Shown: positions 10,140-19,914, counted from the stretch's first letter. The stretch is 64,000 bases of DNA from Salinispira sp. (GCA_965226555.1 CBDDDG010000010.1:96001-160000), one strand, 5' to 3'. The notes: generated from the sequence alone by a model not told the origin. Numbers and translations: made by a program.

Positions 10140-11111
10140 TTAGCAGCTATGGAAAATGCGATCCACCTCTTCGGCTGGAGGAATACTGGCAGTAGCCCCC
10201 GAGCGAGTAACCGCAATGGCACCGGCAATGCAGGCCCGTCGTAACCCTTCCCGGGCCGACAGTCCGCGTACTTCACCAGCCAGCCAGTAACCCATGAAGC
10301 TGTCACCTGCTCCGGTCGTATCCACTACGTCCTCAAGAGCGGGAAAACACGAGCGTACCATGCCTGAGTCATCGGCTCGAATGGCGCCGCGTTCGCCAAG
10401 GGTCATAATTACAACAACCCCAGGATATCGCAAGCGAAGCTCAGCGACAACCTCCTCATCACCCCTTTGGTCGACCTCAGGGTCGGCAGCGCCTGTGGGC
10501 TTATGGTCGGCAGCGCCTGCCGTGCGCAGAGGAATTCCCGCCAGCTCATGTCCTTCGATCTCATTTACCACAAGCCAGGAAAGTTTTTCGAGGGGACAGT
10601 TCACAATTTCGGGCGTCATAGGGGCGGGATTCATGGCCAGACGCAGACCGGCATCGGCTGCATCGCTCATGAGTTCAGGCAGGAGATTAATCTCATTCTG
10701 CAACAGGAGAATATCTCCAGCCCGGGCAACCGCAAGCAAACGGTCAATATCTGCCCGCCCCCAGGTTCTGTTGGCTCCACCGAAGAGAACAATGGCATTT
10801 TCCCCGTCATCTGCCACCTGAATAATGGCATGTCCGGTTGGCTCATCTGCCACGACAATGCCTGAAACATCGACTCCATCTGCCTCCAAGCCCTGTTTGA
10901 GAAACATGCCATCTTCACCAATGCGGCCGAAATGGCACACCCTCACCCCGGCGCGGGTCAGCGCAGTCGTCTGATTAAGCCCCTTCCCGCCAGCATAGCG
11001 GACAAGGGATCGGCTGGGAAGGGTTTCTCCCGCACGGACAATATGACTGGTACGGAACACATCGTCAATATTCAGGGAACCGGCATTATAAATGGTCGGC
11101 ATTCGAGACAT
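10140..11111 (-). CDS. rbsK: Ribokinase (PfkB family)
   Basis: GSLNID, GGKGLNQ, NEIE, DTTGAGDSF; SD GAGGAG; last gene of the rbs operon. Confidence 0.9.
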   Translation of the reverse strand: MSRMPTIYNAGSLNIDDVFRTSHIVRAGETLPSRSLVRYAGGKGLNQTTALTRAGVRVCHFGRIGEDGMFLKQGLEADGVDVSGIVVADEPTGHAIIQVADDGENAIVLFGGANRTWGRADIDRLLAVARAGDILLLQNEINLLPELMSDAADAGLRLAMNPAPMTPEIVNCPLEKLSWLVVNEIEGHELAGIPLRTAGAADHKPTGAADPEVDQRGDEEVVAELRLRYPGVVVIMTLGERGAIRADDSGMVRSCFPALEDVVDTTGAGDSFMGYWLAGEVRGLSAREGLRRACIAGAIAVTRSGATASIPPAEEVDRIFHSC

Positions 11112-12141
11112 CGTGTTTCTCCTCACGGGCAATTGATACCTCAGCAGCAGTTCGAGCGTCAGCAGTTCGAGATCGGCGTGAATTGATATCTATCATAACA
11201 GCAATTATCAGAATGAGACCGTTTATTACCTGCTGCAGGTACGATTGAATTTTCAGATAGTTCAATGCGTTACCAATAACTCCCACAATCAGAGCGCCGA
11301 CAAGAGGCGCCCCGGCATGCCCGGACCCTCCCATAAGGGAAACCCTGCCCAAAACGACGGCAGCAATGGCATCCAGTTCCAGACCCACCCCCGCAGTCGG
11401 CTGAGCCGACCAGAGTCTGGCAGTGAGCAAAATACCGGCAAAGGCTGCCGTAATGCCGCTTATGACATAGACCATAACGGTAACTTTTCCCACTGAAATG
11501 CCAGCGAGGCGGGCAGTGTCCGCATTTCCCCCCACGGCATACACATTATGTCCGAAGCGCGTCTGTGTAAGGAGGAAGTGCATGAAACAGGCAATCACAA
11601 TCAGAAACACAATTGGGAGGGGGATGGCTGTTCCTCCACCGAGTATGCGATAACCCTCGGGCAATCCGGATATCGCCCTCCCCTCAGTATAGACAAGGGT
11701 CAACCCTCTTCCAACCGCCAGCATTGTAAGCGATGCGACAAAGGGCGGCAATTTCCCCCCCACCACGAGTAATCCAATTACCAGACCAACTCCTGCGCCA
11801 ATGAGTAATGCAGCCGCAACTGCCGCCCCGCTTGTCCAGCCTCCCCGCGCAATAAGCCCCGCAGAAACAGTTCCCGCAAGCGCCGCAGTGGATCCCACCG
11901 AAAGGTCAATTCCTCCCGTCAAAATGGGCAGAGTCAGACCCAGCGCAACAATAGCAGTAATAGATGACTGCAGCACAATGTTTGTTACATTCCGCATGGT
12001 AAAAAAACGGGGCGCCCTCAGCCCGAGAACAATGAGAAACAGCAGAATAACCAAAACAAGGACACAAATTCGCAGCCAGTCATACCCGCGCCTGCTCGGC
12101 TTGCTACGCGTATCAAGTCCGCTGTGCCTGCCCGGCTTCAC
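11086..12141 (-). CDS. rbsC: Ribose ABC transporter permease
   Basis: GGIDLSVGS, LPPFVASL, YAVGGN, ELDAIAAVVLG; GTG start overlaps the rbsA stop. Confidence 0.88.
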   Translation of the reverse strand: MKPGRHSGLDTRSKPSRRGYDWLRICVLVLVILLFLIVLGLRAPRFFTMRNVTNIVLQSSITAIVALGLTLPILTGGIDLSVGSTAALAGTVSAGLIARGGWTSGAAVAAALLIGAGVGLVIGLLVVGGKLPPFVASLTMLAVGRGLTLVYTEGRAISGLPEGYRILGGGTAIPLPIVFLIVIACFMHFLLTQTRFGHNVYAVGGNADTARLAGISVGKVTVMVYVISGITAAFAGILLTARLWSAQPTAGVGLELDAIAAVVLGRVSLMGGSGHAGAPLVGALIVGVIGNALNYLKIQSYLQQVINGLILIIAVMIDINSRRSRTADARTAAEVSIAREEKHDVSNADHL

Positions 12142-13649
12142 AATGCCTCCCCCGCGCCCGCTGCACACTGCATAATTTTATCCTGAGTCGCATGTTCGCG
12201 GTCAAACTCCCCGACTAATGCCCCATCGCGAATAACCAGAATCCTGTCACTCATACCCAGAACCTCGGGCAATTCCGAAGAAATAACAATTATCCCAACC
12301 CCCCGCGCTGCCAACTGATCAATGAGGGAATAAATTTCCGCCTTCGCCCCAACATCAATACCCCGGGTCGGCTCATCAAGAACAAGAATCCGGGGGTCGA
12401 GCGAAAGACATTTTGCAATGACCACCTTCTGCTGATTTCCGCCAGAGAGGTTTCGGATTTTGCGGAATCCATCCGGCGGTTTAACATTCAAACGCCTAAT
12501 GAGCTCACCTGCCGCATCTTTTACCCTGCGAAAATTAATAAAACCCCACCGGCTGAGCTGCCGGAGAACATTCACCACAACATTTGCCCGCACCGAAATA
12601 TCAAGAAATAAACCCTGCTCCTTCCGATCTTCAGGAACATACACCAGCCCCATGGCCATAGCCCTGCGAACATTCCATGTACGATGCCCCGAACTGCGAA
12701 CACGCGTACCATCAATAACAATCCCGCCGCCTGCAATCGGTTCCAAACCACAGAGAGCCTGAGCAAACTCCGTACGTCCTGCTCCCACCAGCCCGGAAAT
12801 GCCTAACACCTCCCCCGCATTCAGAGTCAGCGACACATTCCTGAAGCCCTGCCCCGACAGCCCTGCCGCCTCCAGGAGTACTGCCTCCGAAGGTTCCGCA
12901 TCCTTCACATACATATCGCTGAGCTCCCGCCCAACCATCATCCGCACCACCTCCTTCGGAGTAACTTCGCCCGTCGGGAGGGTGCGAATAAACTTTCCGT
13001 CCCGAAGAACGGTAATGCGGTCTGCAATTTCAAAAACCTCTTCCAATCGGTGCGATATATAAATGAGTGCAATGTTCTGTTTTCGCAGACTGCGCATCAT
13101 GTTCAGGAGAATTCTGCTCTCGGTTTCGGTGAGCGATGATGTCGGCTCATCCAGAATAAGGACTTCAGCCTTGAGTGAAAGCGCCTTGGCAATTTCCACC
13201 ATCTGTCGGAGAGCAATAGGAAGCGATGAAACAAGAAGTGATGGATCAAGAGATATTCCCAGCGTAGTCAGATGACCGCGGGCAATTTCGGTCATGGCTC
13301 TCCGATCGATCAATCCGAACCGGTTCTGCGGTTCCCGCCCCAGAAGAACATTCTGGGCAATACTTCGGTCAGGAAGCAGGGTAAGTTCCTGATAAATCAT
13401 ACCAATGCCGATCTGCTGCGCCCGCCTCGGTGTTCCAAGCCGTTCCGGTTTGCCCCTAACCATGATCTCACCCGCATCTCTCACATAATCGCCGGAGAGA
13501 ATTTTCATTAAGGTAGATTTGCCCGCTCCATTTTCCCCGACAATCGCATGAATATCGCCCGGAAAAAACGACAGACTAATAGTATCCAGAGCCCGGACAT
13601 GAAAAAAACTCTTGCTGATCCCCTTCAGGGAAATAATTGGCTGATCCAT
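12138..13649 (-). CDS. rbsA: Ribose ABC transporter ATP-binding protein (two ABC domains)
   Basis: GENGAGKSTL, LDEPTSSL, LSGGNQQKV, LDEPTRGIDVGAK. Confidence 0.9.
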   Translation of the reverse strand: MDQPIISLKGISKSFFHVRALDTISLSFFPGDIHAIVGENGAGKSTLMKILSGDYVRDAGEIMVRGKPERLGTPRRAQQIGIGMIYQELTLLPDRSIAQNVLLGREPQNRFGLIDRRAMTEIARGHLTTLGISLDPSLLVSSLPIALRQMVEIAKALSLKAEVLILDEPTSSLTETESRILLNMMRSLRKQNIALIYISHRLEEVFEIADRITVLRDGKFIRTLPTGEVTPKEVVRMMVGRELSDMYVKDAEPSEAVLLEAAGLSGQGFRNVSLTLNAGEVLGISGLVGAGRTEFAQALCGLEPIAGGGIVIDGTRVRSSGHRTWNVRRAMAMGLVYVPEDRKEQGLFLDISVRANVVVNVLRQLSRWGFINFRRVKDAAGELIRRLNVKPPDGFRKIRNLSGGNQQKVVIAKCLSLDPRILVLDEPTRGIDVGAKAEIYSLIDQLAARGVGIIVISSELPEVLGMSDRILVIRDGALVGEFDREHATQDKIMQCAAGAGEAL

Positions 13650-13774
13650 TCTGATTATTTTTGACAATTCTGATATCTGATATTTCTGAATTATTAGTAA
13701 GGCGTCAGATGTATAAGCCAACCGAACATAAGCTCAGTTGCCACATATCATCTGACACAGATTAAAGAGTGACT

Positions 13775-14662
13775 CTACTGCACAAGAGCAAGATCGACAG
13801 GGATATTCGCTGAAACAGACTCTCCCATCAGATACTTGTACGCACTTTCAACACCTAGGCTTCCAATAAGAGCCGGCTGCTGGGCAACGGTCGCAGCAAG
13901 AGTACCACTGCTAACGGCAGCAACAGCATCATCAACAGCATCAAAACCGACAAACACAATACCTTCACGCCCTGCAGCCCGCGCTGCCTCAATGGCGCCA
14001 AGGATCATTTCATCGTTATGCGCAAATACGCCATTAATTGTCGGCTGCGCCTGAAGAATGTTCTCAAAAACAGTCAGACCCTCTGCCCTGTTAAAGTTTG
14101 CAGTCTGGCGGGCAACAACTTCAACACCCGATGCAGCACCAACAACCTCATTGAAACCCGCACCACGATCGCGTGCAGCCGAAGTGCCAGCAATACCTTC
14201 AAGTTCTACAACCATACCGGAACCGCCAATGGCATCGAGCAGAAACTCCGCAGCCATTTTCCCGCCGGCAACATTATCCGATGCCACATGGGCAATTACA
14301 TCGCCGCCGTTTGCGCCCCGGTCAATAGTAAACACCGGAATACCAGCAGCATTTGCCTTCTGAATACTGGGGACAATAGCATCGCCATCGGTAGGATTTA
14401 CCAGAATGGCATCGACACCCTGTTGAATAAGATCTTCCATATTCACAGCTTCCTGCGATGGATTATCCTGAGAATCCACAACGATCAGAGTAACTCCGAG
14501 TTCATCGGCCTTCTCCTGAGCGCCATCTTGCAAAGCAACAAAGAATGGATTATTCAAAGTGGAAAGCGACAGTCCATAGACAGCACCATCTTCTCCCCCT
14601 CCGCCAGCAAACAAAGACCCTGTAATCAGGATCACCATCAATAAAATGAATAATTTTCGCAT
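13775..14662 (-). CDS. rbsB: Ribose ABC transporter substrate-binding protein
   Basis: LSTLNNPFF, NPTD, ASDNVAGG, AARDRG, FAHNDEM, GFD. Confidence 0.92.
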   Translation of the reverse strand: MRKLFILLMVILITGSLFAGGGGEDGAVYGLSLSTLNNPFFVALQDGAQEKADELGVTLIVVDSQDNPSQEAVNMEDLIQQGVDAILVNPTDGDAIVPSIQKANAAGIPVFTIDRGANGGDVIAHVASDNVAGGKMAAEFLLDAIGGSGMVVELEGIAGTSAARDRGAGFNEVVGAASGVEVVARQTANFNRAEGLTVFENILQAQPTINGVFAHNDEMILGAIEAARAAGREGIVFVGFDAVDDAVAAVSSGTLAATVAQQPALIGSLGVESAYKYLMGESVSANIPVDLALVQ

Positions 14663-14682
14663 AATACCTCCAAAAATTATTT

Positions 14683-14840
14683 ATGAAACTTTTGCATACA
14701 TAACGTTTTGCCAGAGGCAAAATTTTCAGCAGCAAACGTTTCCGATCGGGAATGCTTTCTATATATTTGCATTCTCAATTTTATAGAAAGTTTTGCTCCT
14801 GGAAATTGCGCACGCACAATTTTCCAATGCAAAACTTTAC
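14683..14840. repeat. Composite palindromic repeat upstream of rbsB
   Basis: Short palindromes, then a gaatgct..gcattc module, then the long palindrome gaaagttttgctcctggaaattgcgcacgcacaattttccaatgcaaaacttt. Confidence 0.8.
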
Positions 14841-14899
14841 CTATTTATCCTACCTTAGCATATTTTGTATTTTCATACAAGAGAAAGATCATATATATT

Positions 14900-14926
14900 T
14901 GGGATATAAACCTTTGGACTGACCCC
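14900..14926 (+). mobile_element. Orphan IS481-like terminal repeat
   Basis: tgggatataaacctttggactgacccc is 26/27 identical to the reverse complement of 31125-31151. Confidence 0.75.
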
Positions 14927-15115
14927 TTCCCGTCCACTAACCCGCATTCCCGAGCCCTCCCCTCCCGTAGCCCTGAAAAAAATTCACACATTTTGCAAAA
15001 TTCTTTCCACATACACAGTCAAAAATGACAGTTTACCCGTCACAGATTATAGAGGGGAGAATTCACCATGGGACCATGTCGCCATGGGAGCTCCCCTATT
15101 CAGAAAAAAACGTTC

Positions 15116-15242
15116 AGAAACTTTTGCATTGGAAAATTGTGCTTGCACAATTTCCAGTAGCAAAAGTTTCAGATTCGGAATGCTTTGTATGTGCTTAGCA
15201 TTCTTCTATTTTATAGAAAGTTTTGCATTTTGCAAAACTTTC
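15116..15242. repeat. Composite palindromic repeat (most complete copy) upstream of the Rpn gene
   Basis: gaaacttttgcattggaaaattgtgcttgcacaatttccagtagcaaaagtttc + gaatgct..agcattc + gaaagttttgcattttgcaaaactttc. Confidence 0.88.
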
Positions 15243-15257
15243 ATTCAGGAGGATTGT

Positions 15258-16346
15258 ATGATCGATTTCAAAGAAAAACCCGCCCCCGTTCCCTACGACC
15301 AAGGATACCGCTCCCTGCTGTTCCAACCCGCAATAATGCTCCAATTTCTTCAACGCTTTGTCGGAGGCGCATGGACGAAAAAATTGCGAACCGAGGACAT
15401 AACCATTGAAAACGGTACCTTTTTCATTGACCATGCGAAAACACGGATGGCCGACATTGTCTGCAAAATCAGGAGTCGGGATCACACGGGAGATGTTGCT
15501 ATCTATGTGCTCCTTGAGCATCAGTCTGGAGTGGACAAAGACATGCCCTTCCGCATGTTGGAGTACACAAACCTTCTCTGCCGGAACATTCGCAGCTCCG
15601 GCACAATTCCCGATGACTGCGAGGTGGTATTTCTGCCCATTGTGTTCTATAATGGTACGCGAAAATGGAAGGTGCCCGGGAACGTCAGAGAGCAACGGAA
15701 TCGGGAATTCCCGCAGTATCTTGCACCTTTTCCCTACGATCTTATTAGCGAGAACGATTATTCTGCGGAGCAGCTGCAGCAGCGGGGAAGAATGTTTGCG
15801 GCTGTTATGTACCTTGATCTGTACTCGAAAAATCTACTGAATACGGATTGGGACATTCAGAAGGTGGAGAAAGCGATAGCAGAAATGCTGAATGAGGAAT
15901 CGCTGGAGCTGATAAAGGAATTTATTGGCGTGGTAGATTCGATGTTTGGAATTGTTATAGACTTTGACACGCTAATGAACCAGTTAGAAAGAACAAAAGA
16001 ACCGAGAGGTAAGGAGGTAGCGAAAATGTTCAGAATGAATGCGGAAACATTCAAAGCGCGCATTGCGGAGATGGGTCGGCAGGAAGGACTGCAGACAGGT
16101 CGGCAGGAAGGACTTCAGACAGGATTGCAAACAGGTCGGCAGGAAGGACTTCAGACAGGATTGCAAACAGGTCGACAGGAAGGTCGGCAGGAAGGACTAC
16201 GGACAGGCCGCGCTGAGGGGCATATTGAGGAGCGGAGAAAAAACGCCCGCAGTATGTTTTTGGAAGGCTTGTCGACAGAGACTGTTCAGAGAATTACCGG
16301 GCTGAGCGATGAGGAAATGCGGACATTGCGGAACGGATCGCATTAA
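15258..16346 (+). CDS. Rpn family recombination-promoting nuclease/putative transposase (YhgA-like PD-(D/E)XK)
   Basis: YDQGYRSL, ADIV, YVLLEHQS, MPFRMLEY, LPIVFYNG..W, C-terminal GRQEGLQT repeats; SD AGGAGG. Confidence 0.92.
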   Translation: MIDFKEKPAPVPYDQGYRSLLFQPAIMLQFLQRFVGGAWTKKLRTEDITIENGTFFIDHAKTRMADIVCKIRSRDHTGDVAIYVLLEHQSGVDKDMPFRMLEYTNLLCRNIRSSGTIPDDCEVVFLPIVFYNGTRKWKVPGNVREQRNREFPQYLAPFPYDLISENDYSAEQLQQRGRMFAAVMYLDLYSKNLLNTDWDIQKVEKAIAEMLNEESLELIKEFIGVVDSMFGIVIDFDTLMNQLERTKEPRGKEVAKMFRMNAETFKARIAEMGRQEGLQTGRQEGLQTGLQTGRQEGLQTGLQTGRQEGRQEGLRTGRAEGHIEERRKNARSMFLEGLSTETVQRITGLSDEEMRTLRNGSH

Positions 16347-16457
16347 GTTGGAACCGCTCGGCCTGCGCGCAGAGCGGATAATATCAACATCTGGATCAAC
16401 CTCACATACCAGTTCCTTCAGGGTATACTTAGACATTCTGGGACTTCATACCTCACC

Positions 16458-17237
16458 TCACCTCACCATAAGTATGACACCCGATAGGATTATGATTGCA
16501 AGAATGGTATAGCGCAGAACATTGCGGGGAACCTTTGTTACGAGGGCAGATCCCAGATATGATCCGAGAATTACACCGGGGAGCAGGGAGAGAAACACCG
16601 TACGATTGTAATTCTGCGCCTGAAAATGGGCAAAACCAGCGAGCAGGAGGGCGAGAAAACCCACAAGCGACGTTGTTCCAACGGCCACTTCACTTTCAAG
16701 CCGAAAAATGAGAAGGAAGGCAATAATTGTGAGGAGGCCGGTTATTCCGGTAACCCCAATTACTGCGCCGAGAATGCCGCCCGCAACGGGAAGAAGATAC
16801 TGCGGTGTTTTTTTATCTGCTTCAGATGCAACGGGCTGTCCGGGCTGTTCAAGCTGTCCGTTCTTTTCCTTATCTAATTTCCGGTATCGATATATCAGCA
16901 GAGGAATGGAAATGAAAATGGCGGCGGCAATAATATACTTGAGCTCAATGATACTGTGAATTGCCAAGGCATGCCGAGCAGTAAAATAGGCCGCGGGGAG
17001 GGCGGTGAGTGAAAAGAGCGCAGCCGATTTCCAGTCGATATTTCCTGCCCGCGCATGCCGTAGTACACTGGTTGCCCTCATGGGAATTGCCGCCAAGCTT
17101 ATTGTACCGACCGCAATAACAGGATCCATGCCAAAAAGAACTATCAGCCCCGGTCCGCCCAGAATGCCTGTTCCAATTGCGGTAAAGCCCACGCATACCC
17201 CAACAATGAAGCCCCATATGAGAACTTCAATTATCAT
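16458..17237 (-). CDS. Sulfite exporter TauE/SafE (TSUP) family membrane protein
   Basis: GFxVGxxxGxxxxGxG, AVGT motif in both halves, about 8 hydrophobic segments. Confidence 0.85.
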   Translation of the reverse strand: MIIEVLIWGFIVGVCVGFTAIGTGILGGPGLIVLFGMDPVIAVGTISLAAIPMRATSVLRHARAGNIDWKSAALFSLTALPAAYFTARHALAIHSIIELKYIIAAAIFISIPLLIYRYRKLDKEKNGQLEQPGQPVASEADKKTPQYLLPVAGGILGAVIGVTGITGLLTIIAFLLIFRLESEVAVGTTSLVGFLALLLAGFAHFQAQNYNRTVFLSLLPGVILGSYLGSALVTKVPRNVLRYTILAIIILSGVILMVR

Positions 17238-17353
17238 ATGCCGTTGGCAAAAATTTCACGCACCCGTTCGCGGGCAGTTTGTTCTTCTGAGGTAACACAG
17301 GAAACCCTAAGAACGAAACCGACAAATAGTACGAAGAGAAAATTGTAGCACAT
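17234..17353 (-). CDS. Small 39-aa ORF with a hydrophobic N-terminus (not in the ORF track)
   Basis: SD GGAGGT; MCYNFLFVLFVGFVLRVSCVTSEEQTARERVREIFANGI; its stop overlaps the TSUP ATG (ATGA). Confidence 0.45.
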   Translation of the reverse strand: MCYNFLFVLFVGFVLRVSCVTSEEQTARERVREIFANGI

Positions 17354-17459
17354 ATGCCTACCTCCGAAAAATATAAGAAATTTTTGCCTTGTAGTATGGA
17401 GTATACGAAATTTTTATCGGGGGGGGCAATGGCTTCTGTATGATTTATCGTGATGATGA

Positions 17460-18062
17460 TTAATTGATCAATGTGAAGGTGTCATCGCCCGGATCGTACT
17501 GATGGATTTCGCCGCTCTCAATGGTATAGTGCCAGCCGTGCAGTGAAAGCCTGTTCTGATCGCAGCGCTGCGCAATTGCAGGATATTCCTGAAGACGTTT
17601 GAGCTGCAGAAGAACGTTGTCCCGTTCGCATTGCTGTTCGCTTGTCGGCTCCGACCTGTTGGATTTTTCGCGGATATCTGAAGAAAGAGCAACCCAAGCT
17701 GATGCGAGGGGCAGGGAATCTGCCCCGCCCTCTCTGAGCAGCTTGCAGCCGCCGCAGTTGCTGTGTCCGCAGACAATGATGTTCTTTACTTCCAAAACCT
17801 CCACCGCGTACTCAATGGCCGAGCTGACCGCCAGAAACTCCCCCGCACGATCCCAAGGCGGTACCATGTTGGCAATGTTGCGTATAACAAAACTCTCACC
17901 GGGGCCGCTTTCGCTTATGCGGGAAGGAAGGATTCGGGAATCGGAACAGGTAATGAACAGGCAGTCCGGGCTCTGCGCTCTGGCAAGGGAGGCATAGCGC
18001 GCGCGGTTTTCAGCGTAGTATGTCGTTCTGAAATGTCTGCTGCCCTTCACAAAATCGCTCAC
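17460..18062 (-). CDS. Beta-class carbonic anhydrase
   Basis: QSP, FITCSDSRI, IRNIAN, IEYAV, CGHSNCGG. Confidence 0.95.
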   Translation of the reverse strand: MSDFVKGSRHFRTTYYAENRARYASLARAQSPDCLFITCSDSRILPSRISESGPGESFVIRNIANMVPPWDRAGEFLAVSSAIEYAVEVLEVKNIIVCGHSNCGGCKLLREGGADSLPLASAWVALSSDIREKSNRSEPTSEQQCERDNVLLQLKRLQEYPAIAQRCDQNRLSLHGWHYTIESGEIHQYDPGDDTFTLIN

Positions 18063-18146
18063 ATCGCCTCCGGCATTTTGCTAACACTCCCCTATGTAAT
18101 ATAACAGATAACTTTGCGCAACCCCACGAATGCAGCCTGCGGGCGC

Positions 18147-19382
18147 TTATTCTGTCGGCGGACGGGCCCCGGCCGCTAAGTCGTAGGCAAGGATTTTTTG
18201 ATCATCATAATTGCCCACCCACATTGTTGTTCCATCCGACCAGATGCCGGCGGGATCAGTATTCCCTGTAAATGTGGAGGCAGCGAATTCTTTTGACTCA
18301 TCGCGTGCCTTAGTCTCCATGTTGTAGGCATAGATTTTTTTATCAGCATTATCCAACACCCACATCGTTGTCCCGTTTGACCATATTCCGCGAGGGGCAT
18401 CATTCCCGGCAGTAGAAAGCACGGATGAAGTGAATTCTTTTGGCCTTGACCCAGATGACCCATCGCGTGCCTTGGTCTCCATGTTGTAGGCATAGATATT
18501 CACTACAAAATCCGACACCCACATTGTTGTTCCATCCGAGTATAAACCAATGGGTTTATAATTCCCGGCAGTTATAAGCGTGTTAAACTCTTTGTCCGTA
18601 TCGGGTGACTTGTCACTTATCTTGTAGGCATAGATTTTTTGCGCAAGACCAGTTGTATCGCCCACCCACATTGTTGTTCCATCCGACCAGATGCTGCTGG
18701 GGTCAGCATTCCCGGCAGCAGTGAGCGTGGTGAAATCGTCTCGGTAAACACCTGCGGCAGTATAGCCATAGGGGTTATAGAACGTGCCGGTTACTCGGTG
18801 AATGCCTTCAGCGTTAAAGCCTGCCGCGTTGTAGCCGTCTTCATCGTAGCCGTTCGGGCCGTCGTACTGTGTGCCATTGCGATGAATGCCCGCAAGGTTA
18901 AAGCCAGCCGCGTTGTAGCCGTCCTTGTCGTAACCGTACTGGTCGTATTCCGTGCCGGTGTCGCGGTGTTTGCCTTCAGCATTAAAGCCGCTCGCATCAT
19001 AGCCCCTTGTGTCATAGCCGTCTTTGTCATAACCGCCCGCATCATAGCCCCTTTTGTCATATCCGTCTGCGTCATAGCCGCCCGGATCATAACCCCTTGC
19101 GTCATATCCGTCTGCGTCATAGCCGCCCGCATCATAACCCCTTGCGTCATAGCCGTCTGCGTTATAGCCGCCCGCATCAAAACCGTTTGCGTCATAGCCG
19201 TCCGGATTGTAGCGCGTGCCGGTGTCTTGATGAATGCCGGCATCATTAAAGCCGTTCGCATCGTACATTTCACAGGCCGTGAGAATTAATATTAGGGTAA
19301 ACATGAAAAAGAGCCCTCTCAGCAGCTGCGGGCTGAGAAAGCGCTTCCTGCTTTCCTTTTGTTTATTATCAGAAATCTGCAT
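18147..19382 (-). CDS. Lipoprotein with GYDxx pentapeptide repeats and IWSDGTTMWV beta-propeller-like repeats
   Basis: Lipobox ILTAC; tandem GYDAG/GYDAD/GYDAR; four xIWSDGTTMWV...KIYAY units. Confidence 0.8.
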   Translation of the reverse strand: MQISDNKQKESRKRFLSPQLLRGLFFMFTLILILTACEMYDANGFNDAGIHQDTGTRYNPDGYDANGFDAGGYNADGYDARGYDAGGYDADGYDARGYDPGGYDADGYDKRGYDAGGYDKDGYDTRGYDASGFNAEGKHRDTGTEYDQYGYDKDGYNAAGFNLAGIHRNGTQYDGPNGYDEDGYNAAGFNAEGIHRVTGTFYNPYGYTAAGVYRDDFTTLTAAGNADPSSIWSDGTTMWVGDTTGLAQKIYAYKISDKSPDTDKEFNTLITAGNYKPIGLYSDGTTMWVSDFVVNIYAYNMETKARDGSSGSRPKEFTSSVLSTAGNDAPRGIWSNGTTMWVLDNADKKIYAYNMETKARDESKEFAASTFTGNTDPAGIWSDGTTMWVGNYDDQKILAYDLAAGARPPTE

Positions 19383-19410
19383 ACACATATCCTCCATACA
19401 GAATTATAGT

Positions 19411-19466
19411 AGAAACTTTTGCATTGGGAAATTGCGCGTGCACAATTTCCAGTAGCAAAACTTTCT
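19411..19466. repeat. Dispersed palindromic repeat, long form
   Basis: agaaacttttgcattgggaaattgcgcgtgcacaatttccagtagcaaaactttct. Confidence 0.88.
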
Positions 19467-19661
19467 GGAACAGTTTAATCAATAATTTTACAAAGCGTCA
19501 ACTATGTAGGAGAAATTTTTTGGGAATATGGCGGGTGTCGGGCATCTGCTTCCGAAACTGGGTTCCAATGATGTTGTTGCAATGATCTGGTGAAACTGTC
19601 ATAATATCAATTCCTCATTGGAAAATTGTGCAGAGTAAAATTTTCAGCAAGTACATGTTAG

Positions 19662-19690
19662 TTGACAGCATTATTGTTTTTTCATACAAT
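19662..19690 (+). promoter_or_regulatory. Sigma70-type promoter of tRNA-Leu, followed by a short palindromic repeat at 19694-19721
   Basis: TTGACA-N17-TACAAT. Confidence 0.75.
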
Positions 19691-19740
19691 CTAAGAAAGT
19701 TTTGCCTGTGGCAAAATTTCTATCGTTACAATTATCTGCT

Positions 19741-19824
19741 GCGGTCGTGGTGGAATTGGTAGACACGCTAGCTTGAGGGGCTAGTGCTGGCAACAGCGTG
19801 CTGGTTCAAGTCCAGTCGACCGCA
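19741..19824 (+). tRNA. tRNA-Leu(GAG)
   Basis: Acceptor stem GCGGTCG/CGACCGC, D-arm tggaattggtagaca, anticodon arm CTAGC-ttGAGgg-GCTAG, long variable arm, GGTTCAAGTCC; no encoded CCA. Confidence 0.97.
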
Positions 19825-19914
19825 GAATTCTTTTATTCCACTCTAATTTTGTCCGGCGCGTCCCGATCTCGACCGGTCTGAGAGATTTTTGTGCCCCCGC
19901 ATGGGGAGTTCTGC

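Noticed and set aside
14732..14743. LacI/RbsR-like operator GCAAACGTTTCC upstream of rbsB
   Set aside because: It coincides with an arm of the dispersed palindromic repeat and no LacI gene is nearby, so it cannot be supported separately
16197..16436. Minus-strand ORF MSKYTLKELVCEVDPD, faintly like an AbrB/MazE tail
   Set aside because: The similarity is too short, the ORF overlaps the Rpn gene in antisense, and its start is not conserved in the second flank copy
19498..19602. 34-aa minus-strand ORF with a GAGGA SD upstream of the GYD lipoprotein
   Set aside because: No recognisable motif or second copy to support it
19741..19914. tRNA-Leu as an integration site for an island
   Set aside because: I saw no duplicated tRNA 3' end and no integrase; pepT follows directly
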